Below, in pieces: positions 17,151-26,593 of a stretch of DNA of 64,000 nt. The translations under genes and the position numbers were made by a program. Numbering within the stretch: the stretch's first letter is position 1; the number at the start of each line of letters is the position of its first letter. The DNA is from Eubacteriales bacterium (GTDB lineage Bacteria > Bacillota > Clostridia > Oscillospirales > QAKW01), in NCBI GenBank assembly GCA_045541555.1, contig JAZQJH010000059.1, forward strand, positions 16,641 through 80,640, given 5' to 3'. A model generated the notes under the pieces. It searched no databases, was not told the origin of the DNA, and saw nothing but the letters and a program-made list of their open reading frames with translations.

Positions 17151-18259
17151 CTTTCCAGCTCCTTTCTGCTCCGGCGGAATTTGATCTGATATTCAATAAA
17201 GAATTCACAGCCAATAATGAAGAACAAGATGATCCCCGTTACGATGTCTGCCAAGCTGGAGTCCAGCCGGAAGGAGGTCGCGATGGTGGTGGCACCCTGC
17301 TGCAAGAAGATGATCAAGGCAGAGGTGGCGATCATCGTGATGGGGTTGAACTTCGCCATCCAGGAGACCATCATCGCCGTAAAGCCCTGACCGCCCACCG
17401 TATTGGGACCGATGGTATGGCCGGTACCGCTGACCAAAAGGAAGCCGGCGACGCCGCAGACTGCACCGGAAACCAGCATGGTGCGGATAATGACCTTCTT
17501 AACGTTGATGCCGATATACCGCGCCGTATTTTGGCTTTCGCCTACTACCGAAACCTCGTATCCCTGCTTACTATATTTTAAATAGATATAAACCGAGGCA
17601 CAGACCACCGCCACAATAAGGATGATCAGTAAATATTGCTGCCCGAAAAGGGAGGGAAGCCAGCCGGACTCCGTCTGGCGGTTGATAACGCCGACGTTTC
17701 CGGAATTTTTCGGATTTTCCCAAAGCACCTCTAAAACCTCTACCAACTGGATCACAACATAGTTCATCATCAAGGTAAAGAGAGTCTCGTTCGTGTTATA
17801 TTTTGCCTTAAAGATTGCCGGAAGGACACCGCAAAGCGCACCTGCGCAGATACTGGCGATCAAGGTAATAGGAATCAACACGATATTGGGCATGGAATCC
17901 CCCAAATAGATCATGCAAGCAGCAGCGGCAATACATCCCGAAAGGGTCTGCCCCTCGCCGCCGCAGTTCCAAAACCGCATTTTAAAGGCCGGCGTCACCG
18001 CCAAAGCGATGCACAGCAGAATTGCCGTCTTTTGCAGCAGCATCCAAAAGCGGCGAGAAGAACTGAAGTTTCCGTTAAACATCTCCGCATAGACCCGAAT
18101 GGGATTTAATCCGGTCAGAAGCATAATGACAGCACCTGCCACAATCATCGCCGCAACGATGGCGATGCCGCGGATCAGCCAAGCCTTCCACCATTCCAGG
18201 CTTGCACGCTTGGAAATATGGATAAACGGCTCATGATGCTTTTTTGCCTTCTGCGTCAT
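17147..18259 (-). CDS. ABC transporter permease (BMP/nucleoside-type)
   Basis: 370 aa and polytopic. It overlaps the ATPase gene by 4 nt. Confidence 0.85.
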   Translation of the reverse strand: MTQKAKKHHEPFIHISKRASLEWWKAWLIRGIAIVAAMIVAGAVIMLLTGLNPIRVYAEMFNGNFSSSRRFWMLLQKTAILLCIALAVTPAFKMRFWNCGGEGQTLSGCIAAAACMIYLGDSMPNIVLIPITLIASICAGALCGVLPAIFKAKYNTNETLFTLMMNYVVIQLVEVLEVLWENPKNSGNVGVINRQTESGWLPSLFGQQYLLIILIVAVVCASVYIYLKYSKQGYEVSVVGESQNTARYIGINVKKVIIRTMLVSGAVCGVAGFLLVSGTGHTIGPNTVGGQGFTAMMVSWMAKFNPITMIATSALIIFLQQGATTIATSFRLDSSLADIVTGIILFFIIGCEFFIEYQIKFRRSRKELER

Positions 18260-19803
18260 GCCTCATTCCCTCCTTCCGTCTTGGTCATCAAAAGTCCTAC
18301 CTGCTCTTTCGTAGCAGTCCGTCCGTCCACGATACCGGTTACCTTACCGGAGCCAATGACCAGAATGCGGTCGCAAAGCTCCAGTAAAACGTCCAGATCC
18401 TCACCCACGAAGATGACGGCCACGCCACGCTCTTTTTGCTGATTAAGCAGATTGTAGATCGTATACGAAGAGTTGATGTCCAGCCCCCGCACCGGATAAG
18501 CCGCCATCAAAACGGTGGGAGAAGCAGCAATTTCACGGCCGACCAGTACCTTCTGCACGTTACCACCGGAAAGACGGCGCACCGGTGTGGTGGCCCCGGG
18601 GGTGACGACCTCCAGCTCCTCGATAATATGCTCTGCCAGATCCTTGGGTGCCTTGCGCTCCAAAAATGCGCCCTTTCCCTTTCGGTAACTGCGGAGCATC
18701 ATATTATCAATAATATCCATGTTGCCCACAAGACCCATGCCAAGACGATCCTCCGGCACGAAGGAAAGGCGAACGCCCAACTCCCGGATCTGTAAGGGAG
18801 TCTTATTTTGCAGATTATCAACGTTATCAGTCTTTGGATTATGATAAAGGACGGCGCCGCTATCGCTCTTTTGCAGGCCGGCGATCACTTCCAAAAGCTC
18901 ACGCTGACCGGATCCGGCGATGCCGGCAATGCCCAGAATCTCTCCCGAATAGGCGGTAAAGGAGACGTCGTCCAGCACCAAAGTCCCCTCCCGATTGGTG
19001 CAATTCACGTGATGCACCTCCAGCCGGGCTTTAGGTTCCTTGGGTTCGCTACGTTCGATGTTCAGAGAGATCTTCTTGCCCACCATCATCTCCGTCAGCT
19101 CCGCCTCAGAAGTTTCGGCAGTGACCACCGTTCCCACGTACTCGCCCTTTCTCAATACCGCCACGCGGTCAGAGAGAGAAAGTACTTCGTGCATTTTGTG
19201 GGTAATAATGATGATAGATTTTCCATCGTCCCGCATACGCCGAAGGACTGCAAAAAGCTTTTGCGTCTCCTGGGGCGTCAATACCGCAGTAGGCTCGTCC
19301 AGAATGAGAATATCCGCCCCACGATACAAGACCTTGATGATCTCTACCGTCTGCTTTTCAGAGACCGACATGGTATAGATCTTCTTTTTGGGATCCAGCT
19401 CAAAGCCGTACTGCTGGCAGATCTGACTGATCCGTGCGGTGGCACTCTTCAGATCAAAGCGCCCCTCCTGCTCCAGACCCAAAACGATATTTTCGGCAGC
19501 CGAAAAGACGTCAACCAGCTTAAAATGCTGATGGATCATACCGATCTTATAGTCAAAAGCATCCTTTGGAGAAGCGATGACCGCTTCCTCGCCGTTGATA
19601 TAGATCTGCCCTTCGTCCGGAAAATAGATGCCGGAGATCATATTCATAAGCGTGGTCTTCCCGCTGCCGTTTTCTCCTAAAATAGAGAGGATTTCTCCTT
19701 TATCGACAGTAAGATTGACGTTATTGTTTGCAACTACGCTACCGAAGGTCTTGGTAACGTTTCTAAGCTCAATGGCAGGGTGCGTTGCCGGTTGCTGATT
19801 CAT
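18256..19803 (-). CDS. ABC transporter ATP-binding protein with duplicated ATPase domains
   Basis: The start is trimmed to MNQQPATH, which follows AAGGAGGAG. Walker A is GENGSGKTT. Signature and Walker B regions are LSVSEKQ / ILILDEPT and LSGGNVQK. Confidence 0.9.
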   Translation of the reverse strand: MNQQPATHPAIELRNVTKTFGSVVANNNVNLTVDKGEILSILGENGSGKTTLMNMISGIYFPDEGQIYINGEEAVIASPKDAFDYKIGMIHQHFKLVDVFSAAENIVLGLEQEGRFDLKSATARISQICQQYGFELDPKKKIYTMSVSEKQTVEIIKVLYRGADILILDEPTAVLTPQETQKLFAVLRRMRDDGKSIIIITHKMHEVLSLSDRVAVLRKGEYVGTVVTAETSEAELTEMMVGKKISLNIERSEPKEPKARLEVHHVNCTNREGTLVLDDVSFTAYSGEILGIAGIAGSGQRELLEVIAGLQKSDSGAVLYHNPKTDNVDNLQNKTPLQIRELGVRLSFVPEDRLGMGLVGNMDIIDNMMLRSYRKGKGAFLERKAPKDLAEHIIEELEVVTPGATTPVRRLSGGNVQKVLVGREIAASPTVLMAAYPVRGLDINSSYTIYNLLNQQKERGVAVIFVGEDLDVLLELCDRILVIGSGKVTGIVDGRTATKEQVGLLMTKTEGGNEA

Positions 19804-19933
19804 ATTGCATCTCCTCCTTTTGCACTCAAAACATTCCATAAGGGAACAAGAATAATCCGCCTTTTTAAAACAAGGTTCGGATTACTCTTGTCACCTTAAG
19901 GTGAACTCTTTTCAATGCAAAATAACCTCAACG

Positions 19934-19960
19934 GGCGAGGTGGAAATTTTCCACCTCGCC
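19934..19960 (-). terminator. intercistronic hairpin after the binding-protein gene
   Basis: GGCGAGGTGGAAA-T-TTTCCACCTCGCC, 27 nt after the stop. A weak or distant U-tract suggests an attenuating or stabilising hairpin rather than a full stop. Confidence 0.45.
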
Positions 19961-19986
19961 TGTCGGTTCAGATTATTTCAGGTTTC

Positions 19987-21168
19987 TTACTTGGTGGTAA
20001 CACCGTCGATATCAATATCGAAGTAAGGCGCGGAGCGATACTCGGACTCCAGGAAAGCGCCATCCTTGATAACCTCGGTGTCGCCCTGGAAAGCAGCGTC
20101 AGAATCCACGTCAGCCTTATAAGAGGTCAGGGTCTCGCCGCCCTTGGTCCAGGTAGAGGTGGCGAAGACTTCCAGCTCGCCCTTAATGATCTTGTCCTTA
20201 GCAGCCTCGATGGCTTCCTTGGTACCTGCAGCGCAAGCGGTACCCAGGTCAGACAGTTCAACGGAGCCGGTCTCCAGAGTGCCGGTCCAGTCAGCAGGGA
20301 TCTCCTTGCCGTTCTTCACGCAGTCGATAATGAACTCATAGTAAGGAGCCCAGTTGATGCGGGAAGATACCAGGAAGGTATTGGGGCAAGCAGAGAAGGT
20401 GGAACCGTTGTAGGAAACGTTGGGAACGCCGGCAGCCTCGCAGGCATCGGGAGCACCCATGGAGTCAGCATGCTGGCTGATCAGAACGCAACCGTCCTTG
20501 ATCATCTGCTCGGCATACAGCTTCTCCGTATCATAGTTATACCAGGAGTTGGTATACTTTACGTCGATGGTAGCGGTGGGGCAAACGGAACGAGCGCCCA
20601 GGAAGAAGGAGGTCATGCCGGACTTCACTTCTGCATAGGGCATAGCACCAACGTAACCGATCTTAGCCTGCTCAGCGGTGATCTTCTTAGCGGCGATCAT
20701 TTCGTTGAGCTTCATACCTGCAGCGATACCTGCCAGGTAACGGCCTTCATAGATGGAAGCGAAAGCATTGTGGAAGTTCTTAACGCCCTCGGTATGAGCC
20801 TTAGTACCGGTAGCATGGCAGAACTGTACTTCGGGATACTCTTTGGCGGCACGGATCATATTGTCCTCATGGCCAAAGCTATCGGCAAAGACGATGTCAC
20901 AACCGTCCTCAGCCAGCTCGCAAGCCTTATTGTAGCAGTCCTCACCCTCTTCGGGGATGCCGGTGACGATGATCACCTGCTCATCAGTCAGCTCCAGCTT
21001 TTCCTGGACTTCCTTAGCGGCCTTAATGAAGTTCAGGTCGTAGGTGGAGTTCTCATCGTGCAGCATAATGAAGCCGATCTTGAACTCATCTTCTTTAGCA
21101 GGGCCGCAGGCGGTAACACCAACCAGCAGCATTGCCACGATCAACAGCGCGGAAATCAGTCTTTTCAT
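19987..21168 (-). CDS. BMP-family (PnrA/Med-like) ABC substrate-binding lipoprotein
   Basis: 393 aa. It has the lipobox GVTAC and KIGFIMLHDENSTYD, and sits upstream of the matching ATPase and permeases. Confidence 0.88.
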   Translation of the reverse strand: MKRLISALLIVAMLLVGVTACGPAKEDEFKIGFIMLHDENSTYDLNFIKAAKEVQEKLELTDEQVIIVTGIPEEGEDCYNKACELAEDGCDIVFADSFGHEDNMIRAAKEYPEVQFCHATGTKAHTEGVKNFHNAFASIYEGRYLAGIAAGMKLNEMIAAKKITAEQAKIGYVGAMPYAEVKSGMTSFFLGARSVCPTATIDVKYTNSWYNYDTEKLYAEQMIKDGCVLISQHADSMGAPDACEAAGVPNVSYNGSTFSACPNTFLVSSRINWAPYYEFIIDCVKNGKEIPADWTGTLETGSVELSDLGTACAAGTKEAIEAAKDKIIKGELEVFATSTWTKGGETLTSYKADVDSDAAFQGDTEVIKDGAFLESEYRSAPYFDIDIDGVTTK

Positions 21169-21220
21169 TGGGTTTTCCCTCCAAATAAATATTTTTATAA
21201 TATCTACCCTTGGGTAGTTA

Positions 21221-21793
21221 TTACCGTCTGAACGTCAAAGACCGGTCGGACATTTCTTCCACGATGGCAAGAGATTCCACCCGGATGCCCTCACGACGCA
21301 GAGCGTCCCCGCCGCCCTGGAAGCCTTTTTCGATGGCGGTGGTACAGCCGATGACCGCCCCCCCTGCCTGCGCGACCAGATCCATCAGCCCCCGGATGGC
21401 GCATCCATTGGCCAGAAAATCATCCACGATCAGGATCCGCTCTCCTGCCAGCAGGTTTTCTTTGCTGACAACGACCTTATAGTCGGTATTATGGGTATAG
21501 GAATGAACGATGGTACTGTAAAGATCGTCCTCCACGTTGATGGATTTTTTCTTTTTGGCGAACACCAAGGGGATCTCCATCGCCGCAGCGGCAGCCATCC
21601 CCAAAGCGATGCCGGAGGCTTCGATGGTCAGGACTTTATCGGGCTTATCCTCCTCAAAGAGCCGGGCGATCTCCCGCCCCATCTCCATCATGAAGGGTGT
21701 ATCGATCTGATGGTTGAGGAAGCTCCCTACCTTCAGGACGTGCCCGGGCAGAACCTTACCGTCTTTTAAGATGCGTTCTTCCAATGCTTTCAT
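21221..21793 (-). CDS. xpt: xanthine phosphoribosyltransferase
   Basis: 190 aa. It is collinear with B. subtilis Xpt as recalled (VLKVGSFLNHQID..., ILIVDDFLANG). Confidence 0.92.
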   Translation of the reverse strand: MKALEERILKDGKVLPGHVLKVGSFLNHQIDTPFMMEMGREIARLFEEDKPDKVLTIEASGIALGMAAAAAMEIPLVFAKKKKSINVEDDLYSTIVHSYTHNTDYKVVVSKENLLAGERILIVDDFLANGCAIRGLMDLVAQAGGAVIGCTTAIEKGFQGGGDALRREGIRVESLAIVEEMSDRSLTFRR

Positions 21794-21963
21794 GCAGCGT
21801 TCTCCTAAGCAAACATATATTATAACACAGAATTATGTTATCAAATTACGCGAATAATGTCAATAAAAAAACATAAAATCCATTTATTTTCTTCCTGCAA
21901 AAAACGGGTCAATTGCTCCTGCTCTTCACCTTAAGCCCTTAAACTTCTTCCAAAGGTTACTTC

Positions 21964-21993
21964 TTGACAGTAATATAATCTTAATGATATAAT
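21964..21993 (+). promoter_or_regulatory. promoter of the cohesin-domain gene (TTGACA-18-TATAAT)
   Basis: TTGACA at 21964-21969 and TATAAT at 21988-21993. Confidence 0.5.
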
Positions 21994-22063
21994 TGTAGCA
22001 AAATATGGGGACGTTTGCAAAGCAATTTTGCATGGATCCAAATACCCGAAAGGAACATGTTTT

Positions 22064-23314
22064 ATGAAAAGACTACTCTGCTTTATCCTGGTCCTTTTGC
22101 TTCTCATTCCGTCTGCTATGGCAGATGAGCAGAAAATGACCTTCCGTCTGGAAGATGCCAAGGGAAACGTGGGGGATACCGTCACCGTCATCGGTTCGGT
22201 AGAAAATGCACCGGCCTGTGCTTCTTTCCGCGTCACTTTCACTTATGATAATAAAGTTCTCAAACCGGAAAAGGTAAAGAAACTGGACTGCAGCGGTCTG
22301 TTTATGTCCAATACCAGCTTTGTATATCAAGGAAAATCTGCCATCAACGTCCTCTCCGTCGATTCCAAAAAATCCTTTGAGGGAAGCGTGCAGCTTTTCT
22401 CCATTACCTTTACCATTTTGGCCGAGTCTCCGGAGACGGACGGTTCTCCGTTTACTTTGGTGCATAAGGAATTCTTTGATCCCAGTACCCCCAAGCCCCT
22501 GCCCATTCAGCCGAACATAGAGATCGGCTGCGTCTACGTGGGCGACGATAAGCCGGCAGATCCCAATGCCGGAAACGACGGCTCTTCCTCCGAGGGAAAT
22601 ACCGGCTCTAACGAAGGCAGTACCACGCCCTCCAATCCCGATCATACCGATAAAAACGAAGGCGGTACCACGCCTTCCAACCCCGGCAACACCGATTCTA
22701 ACGAAGGTGGCACTACTCCTTCCAATCCCGGCTCTTCTACCGAGGACGGCAGCACCGGTTCTGCCGACGATGGAGACACCTCCGTCAGCAACCCCACCGA
22801 TACCCCGGCCGACGGCACGACCGATCAGCCGGAAAACGATACCCCGACGGACGGCACCCCTGAAATCGCCCCCGGCGATCAAGAGGGCGTAACCGCACCG
22901 GAAATTGAAAAGGATCCTGCCGGCGATCCCCAGCCCGAAGAAGAGGATAAAAAGCCCACCGGCAGCTGGATCGTGGATCCCGAGACCGAAGACATCTATC
23001 ATATAACCGAAGAGGGCGAGGAAACCGTCTTTGAGCCGGAATATACCGAAAAGCCGGAGCCGGGCAAGGTGACGGAAGTGATCTTGAAGGACAAAGAGAC
23101 CGGAAAAGAAGCCGGCTCCATCAAGGTGGAGGGCAACGAGGACGGCAGCTTCGAAGTCATCGAGCAGGACGTCCCCTCCCTGAGAGAGCCCTCCAATCAA
23201 ACCGGCAACGCCCCCAAAGGGAAAATCTGGCTTTGGGTCGGCATTGGAGCAGGCGCGCTGGCACTTTCCGCTGTTGCCCTTTGGGCATTCTTTGCCTACC
23301 GCAAACTAAAGTAA
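22064..23314 (+). CDS. secreted, C-terminally membrane-anchored cohesin-domain protein
   Basis: The start is trimmed to MKRLLCF (signal peptide). A cohesin-like block follows (GNVGDTVTVIGSVENAPACASFRVTFTYDNKVLKPEKV...FSITFTIL). Then come NEGGTTPSNPG repeats, an acidic P/E/T/D linker and a terminal TM helix (IWLWVGIGAGALALSAVALWAFFAY). Confidence 0.7.
   Translation: MKRLLCFILVLLLLIPSAMADEQKMTFRLEDAKGNVGDTVTVIGSVENAPACASFRVTFTYDNKVLKPEKVKKLDCSGLFMSNTSFVYQGKSAINVLSVDSKKSFEGSVQLFSITFTILAESPETDGSPFTLVHKEFFDPSTPKPLPIQPNIEIGCVYVGDDKPADPNAGNDGSSSEGNTGSNEGSTTPSNPDHTDKNEGGTTPSNPGNTDSNEGGTTPSNPGSSTEDGSTGSADDGDTSVSNPTDTPADGTTDQPENDTPTDGTPEIAPGDQEGVTAPEIEKDPAGDPQPEEEDKKPTGSWIVDPETEDIYHITEEGEETVFEPEYTEKPEPGKVTEVILKDKETGKEAGSIKVEGNEDGSFEVIEQDVPSLREPSNQTGNAPKGKIWLWVGIGAGALALSAVALWAFFAYRKLK
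22610..22738 (+). repeat. in-frame 45-bp tandem repeat (about 2.9 copies) inside the cohesin-domain gene
   Basis: Units begin at 22610, 22655 and 22700, each starting AACGAAGG and encoding NEG(S/G)TTPSNP.... Confidence 0.85.
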
Positions 23315-23347
23315 TATCTCAACTATATCAGTCTATTAGGAGCACTT

Positions 23348-24220
23348 ATGATCATCTGTAATCCAACCGCCACACTTGCCGAAAAATACGGCGAAGAAAA
23401 AGCCCTGGAAATGCTCAAAGCCGCCGGATTTGATGCGGCAGATCTTTCCCTCACCTGCATGGAAGAAGCCGCGGACTGCCATTGGCATGGCGCGGACTAT
23501 AAAGAAAAGGCGTCCGCACTACGCGCCTTTTCCGAGCGGATCGGGCTCCCCATCCTCCAGGCGCACGCACCCTTTGCTTTTGGAAAAGCAGACCTGGAAG
23601 AAACGGTCATTCCCATCGTTTCCCGCAGTATTGAGATCGCCGCCTTGGCAGGTGCTAAAAAGATCGTCGTCCACCCCCGGAGCATCCTCCCTTACTTTGA
23701 GCATATCGAAGAAAGCTTTGAGGTCAATATGAATTATTACGGGAGCTTAGCTTCCGTGGCCAAGGAATACGGCATCCAGATCTGTCTGGAAAATATGTGG
23801 GCAACCAATAAGCTGCGGGGGTTCATCGACCATTGCGTCTGCTCCCGACCGGAAGAATTCAACCGCTATCTGGATACCCTGCAGAGAAAATACGGTGATT
23901 GCTTCACCGCCTGCCTGGATCTGGGTCATATCGTTTTGGTGGGTCAGGATCCGGTCGAAATGATCCGCACCATGGGCGATCGGATCACCGCCCTGCATAT
24001 TCACGATAATGACTACAAAAAGGATCTCCATACCCTCCCCGGCCACGCCCGGATGGATATGGCTTCCATCTTTAAGGCATTGCATGAGATCGGCTATCAG
24101 GGAATATTTACCTTAGAGGCAGACAACTTTTTCTGCAGGCAAGCCCCCGAGCTCTGGCCTCTATCGCTGAAATATATGGCGGAGGTCAGCCGGTACTACA
24201 GTAAAATAACAGAGCAATAA
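23348..24220 (+). CDS. sugar phosphate isomerase/epimerase (xylose-isomerase-like TIM barrel)
   Basis: 290 aa with the family pattern (IVVHP..., ICLENM, LDLGH, HIHDN). An AGGAGC RBS precedes it. Confidence 0.8.
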   Translation: MIICNPTATLAEKYGEEKALEMLKAAGFDAADLSLTCMEEAADCHWHGADYKEKASALRAFSERIGLPILQAHAPFAFGKADLEETVIPIVSRSIEIAALAGAKKIVVHPRSILPYFEHIEESFEVNMNYYGSLASVAKEYGIQICLENMWATNKLRGFIDHCVCSRPEEFNRYLDTLQRKYGDCFTACLDLGHIVLVGQDPVEMIRTMGDRITALHIHDNDYKKDLHTLPGHARMDMASIFKALHEIGYQGIFTLEADNFFCRQAPELWPLSLKYMAEVSRYYSKITEQ

Positions 24221-24258
24221 AAACGTGCGAGATGCTGAAGCATCTCGCACGTTTTTTT
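24221..24258 (+). terminator. intrinsic terminator
   Basis: AAACGTGCGAGATGC, loop TGAA, GCATCTCGCACGTTTTTTT. Confidence 0.85.
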
Positions 24259-24264
24259 AGAATT

Positions 24265-24394
24265 TCAAAAAAGTCCCCGAAAGATCCAAAAAGATCTTGC
24301 CGCTTTCGCGGTATAACGGTGAGAAAGAGATTTTACTCTTTCTCTTTTCTTCTTTATAAGGGAAAAATCCGCATGAAAATGCGGATTTTGATTA
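24265..24394 (+). repeat. intergenic repeat element, copy A (second copy at 40542-40684)
   Basis: Blocks shared with copy B: TCAAAAAAGTCCCCGA; the hairpin (G/A)AGAAAGAG..CTCTTTCTC plus a T-rich run; and TTTATAAGG(G)AAAAATCCGCATGAAAATGCGGATTTT(G/A)ATTA. It starts 6 nt after a terminator. Its last hairpin serves as the hisJ terminator. Confidence 0.8.
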
Positions 24395-25195
24395 GATTTT
24401 TATATACTCCCTTCCATGCAACGTCAACGTCACCATTCGTTCAAAGCCGGCGGCTTTGATCTGCGCCAATGCCTGATCAAAACCATAGCCCATAGCTTTC
24501 TCATCGTGGCAATCGCCGGAAAGAATGACCTCTCCGCCCTGCTCCCGGATATATTGCAGCAGCCAAGGGCTGGGATACGGCGTCGTACGGACGCCGCGGC
24601 TCATAGCACCGGTATTGACCTCAAAAAGTGCCCCCATCGGCAAAAGCGCACGCACCGCTTCTGCGGCCGCCGCCCGGTACCGGGGGTGGTCTTCATCATA
24701 GAGCCTCTTTTGCTCCTGATACTTGGTCAAAAGGTCCAGATGACCGATGATATCGCAGGGTGACAACCGCGCCACGTGGGCAAAATAATCCTCCGCAAAG
24801 GCGTAAGGATCTCCGCCGTAGCATTCCGCGATCGCCTTTTCCTGCAAAGCCAGTCCGTCATCCATCTTGCAATCCACGCCCCGGGGATGCAGCTCGTGCA
24901 CCGAGCCGATGAGATAATCATATTCATCCGTCGGATCCTTGGAATAATAGTCCTGCTCGATACCGCAAAGGATCTCGATCTTGCCCCGGTACTCCTCCTG
25001 CAGGGCACGGATCGCTGCCCGATAAGCAGCCGCACCGCCCTCTTTTAAACAATAACCGAACTGGGTCGCGACATAGGAATGGTCGGAAAAACCGAGATGG
25101 GTATAGCCGCACGCCAAGGCGGCAAGCACCATTTCTTCCGGCGTATTTTCACCGTCGCTGAAAACGGTATGGATATGAAAGTCCCCTTTAATCAT
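24392..25195 (-). CDS. hisJ: histidinol-phosphatase, PHP (HisJ) family
   Basis: 267 aa. It shows the DFHIHT PHP motif and is the last gene of the his operon. Confidence 0.85.
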   Translation of the reverse strand: MIKGDFHIHTVFSDGENTPEEMVLAALACGYTHLGFSDHSYVATQFGYCLKEGGAAAYRAAIRALQEEYRGKIEILCGIEQDYYSKDPTDEYDYLIGSVHELHPRGVDCKMDDGLALQEKAIAECYGGDPYAFAEDYFAHVARLSPCDIIGHLDLLTKYQEQKRLYDEDHPRYRAAAAEAVRALLPMGALFEVNTGAMSRGVRTTPYPSPWLLQYIREQGGEVILSGDCHDEKAMGYGFDQALAQIKAAGFERMVTLTLHGREYIKI

Positions 25196-25833
25196 ACCAT
25201 CTTTTCCTGCTTAACCTTATGATCAATGACGTGGCGACCCGCCAATTCTTTGCGGATATCCTCCACCGAAATCCCCATTTCCACCATCAGCACCATGATA
25301 TGATACGCCAGATCGGCGATCTCATAGACGGTTTCCTTTTTGTCCTCCGCCTTACCGGCGATGATGACCTCGGTGGACTCCTCGCCCACCTTTTTCAAGA
25401 TCTTATCCAAACCCTTTTGGAAGAGATAGGTGGTATAAGAGCCCTCAGGCAGGGTCTCCTTGCGCCCTTTCAGGAGGGCATAAAGCCCTTCTAAGGAAAA
25501 CGGCTCTTCCCCATTATTGAAAAGTTCATTGGTAAAGCAGGAATCGGTGCCCAGATGGCAGGCAGGACCGTCCTTTTTCACCTTGACCACCAGGGCGTCA
25601 CCGTCGCAATCGGCGGTGATGGAGAGGATATGCTGATAATTACCGCTGGTCTCCCCCTTCAGCCAAAGCTCCTGCCGGGAGCGGCTCCAGAAGCAGGTCA
25701 GCCCCTTTTCCAGGGAAATCTTCAAGCTTTCCTCGTTCATGTACGCCAAGGTCAGTACCCGATCGGTCTCCGCATCCACCACGATGGCGGGGATCAGTCC
25801 ATTTGCATCAAATTTCAGATTACTAAGTTCCAT
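25192..25833 (-). CDS. hisI: bifunctional phosphoribosyl-AMP cyclohydrolase / phosphoribosyl-ATP pyrophosphatase
   Basis: 213 aa covering both HisI and HisE halves. Confidence 0.9.
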   Translation of the reverse strand: MELSNLKFDANGLIPAIVVDAETDRVLTLAYMNEESLKISLEKGLTCFWSRSRQELWLKGETSGNYQHILSITADCDGDALVVKVKKDGPACHLGTDSCFTNELFNNGEEPFSLEGLYALLKGRKETLPEGSYTTYLFQKGLDKILKKVGEESTEVIIAGKAEDKKETVYEIADLAYHIMVLMVEMGISVEDIRKELAGRHVIDHKVKQEKMV

Positions 25834-25834
25834 T

Positions 25835-26593
25835 TTATAACCTCACGTTAATATCGTTTTCTTTCAATGTCTGCTTCAGATCGGCGATCCTGACCTCCCC
25901 GAAATGGAAGATGGAGGCCGCAAGACCGGCATCTACCTTGGGCAGGGTCTTAAAGAGGGTGACAAAGTCCTCCACACATCCGGCTCCGCCGGAGGCAATG
26001 ACCGGGACGTTGACCGCATTGCTGACCGCCTCCAGCATGGGGAGATCAAAGCCGCCCTTGACGCCGTCGGTATCGATGGAATTGAGCACCACCTCACCGG
26101 CACCGTTGCCGACGCAACGCTTGATCCATTCGATAGCTTCCATCCCGGTATTCTCTCTGCCGCCCTTGGCAAAGACCCGATAGACGCCGTCCACACGCTT
26201 GACGTCGGCGGAGATGACGACGCATTGATCGCCGTATTTCTTTGCCGCCGCGGCAATGAGATCCGGATTACGGATGGCGCCGGAATTGACGCTGACCTTA
26301 TCGGCACCGCACTTCAATACCCGATCGAAATCCTCCAGGGTATTGATGCCGCCGCCCACCGTCAGCGGAATGAAGATGGTGCGCGCCACCTCTTTCAGAA
26401 TATCAGTAAAGATGGTGCGCCCCTCGGCGGAGGCGGTGATGTCGTAAAACACCAGCTCATCCGCACCGCATTCGCTATAATATTTTCCCAGCTCCACCGG
26501 AGAGGAAACGTCCGAAAGACCCTGGAAATTGACACCCTTGACCACCCGTCCGTTTTTGACGTCCAGGCAGGGGATAATTCTCTTTGTGATCAT
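25835..26593 (-). CDS. hisF: imidazole glycerol phosphate synthase, cyclase subunit
   Basis: 252 aa, starting RIIPCLDV, with the usual HisF barrel motifs. Confidence 0.93.
   Translation of the reverse strand: MITKRIIPCLDVKNGRVVKGVNFQGLSDVSSPVELGKYYSECGADELVFYDITASAEGRTIFTDILKEVARTIFIPLTVGGGINTLEDFDRVLKCGADKVSVNSGAIRNPDLIAAAAKKYGDQCVVISADVKRVDGVYRVFAKGGRENTGMEAIEWIKRCVGNGAGEVVLNSIDTDGVKGGFDLPMLEAVSNAVNVPVIASGGAGCVEDFVTLFKTLPKVDAGLAASIFHFGEVRIADLKQTLKENDINVRL

Noticed and set aside
19915-21231. 438-aa plus-strand ORF
   Set aside because: It is an antisense shadow of the BMP-family binding-protein gene (lipobox, operon context).
21794-21930. Looked for a purine (guanine/xanthine) riboswitch upstream of xpt, as in B. 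subtilis xpt-pbuX
   Set aside because: The leader from the TGTTATAAT -10 to the ATG is only ~25 nt. No three-way-junction aptamer sequence is present.
22560-22900. Repetitive DNA checked as a possible CRISPR or minisatellite
   Set aside because: The repeats are in-frame 45-bp units inside a coding region with no spacer-repeat architecture. No cas genes are in the window.
22073-23200. 375-aa minus-strand ORF
   Set aside because: It is antisense to the cohesin-domain gene, which has a signal peptide, an in-frame repeat and a promoter plus RBS.
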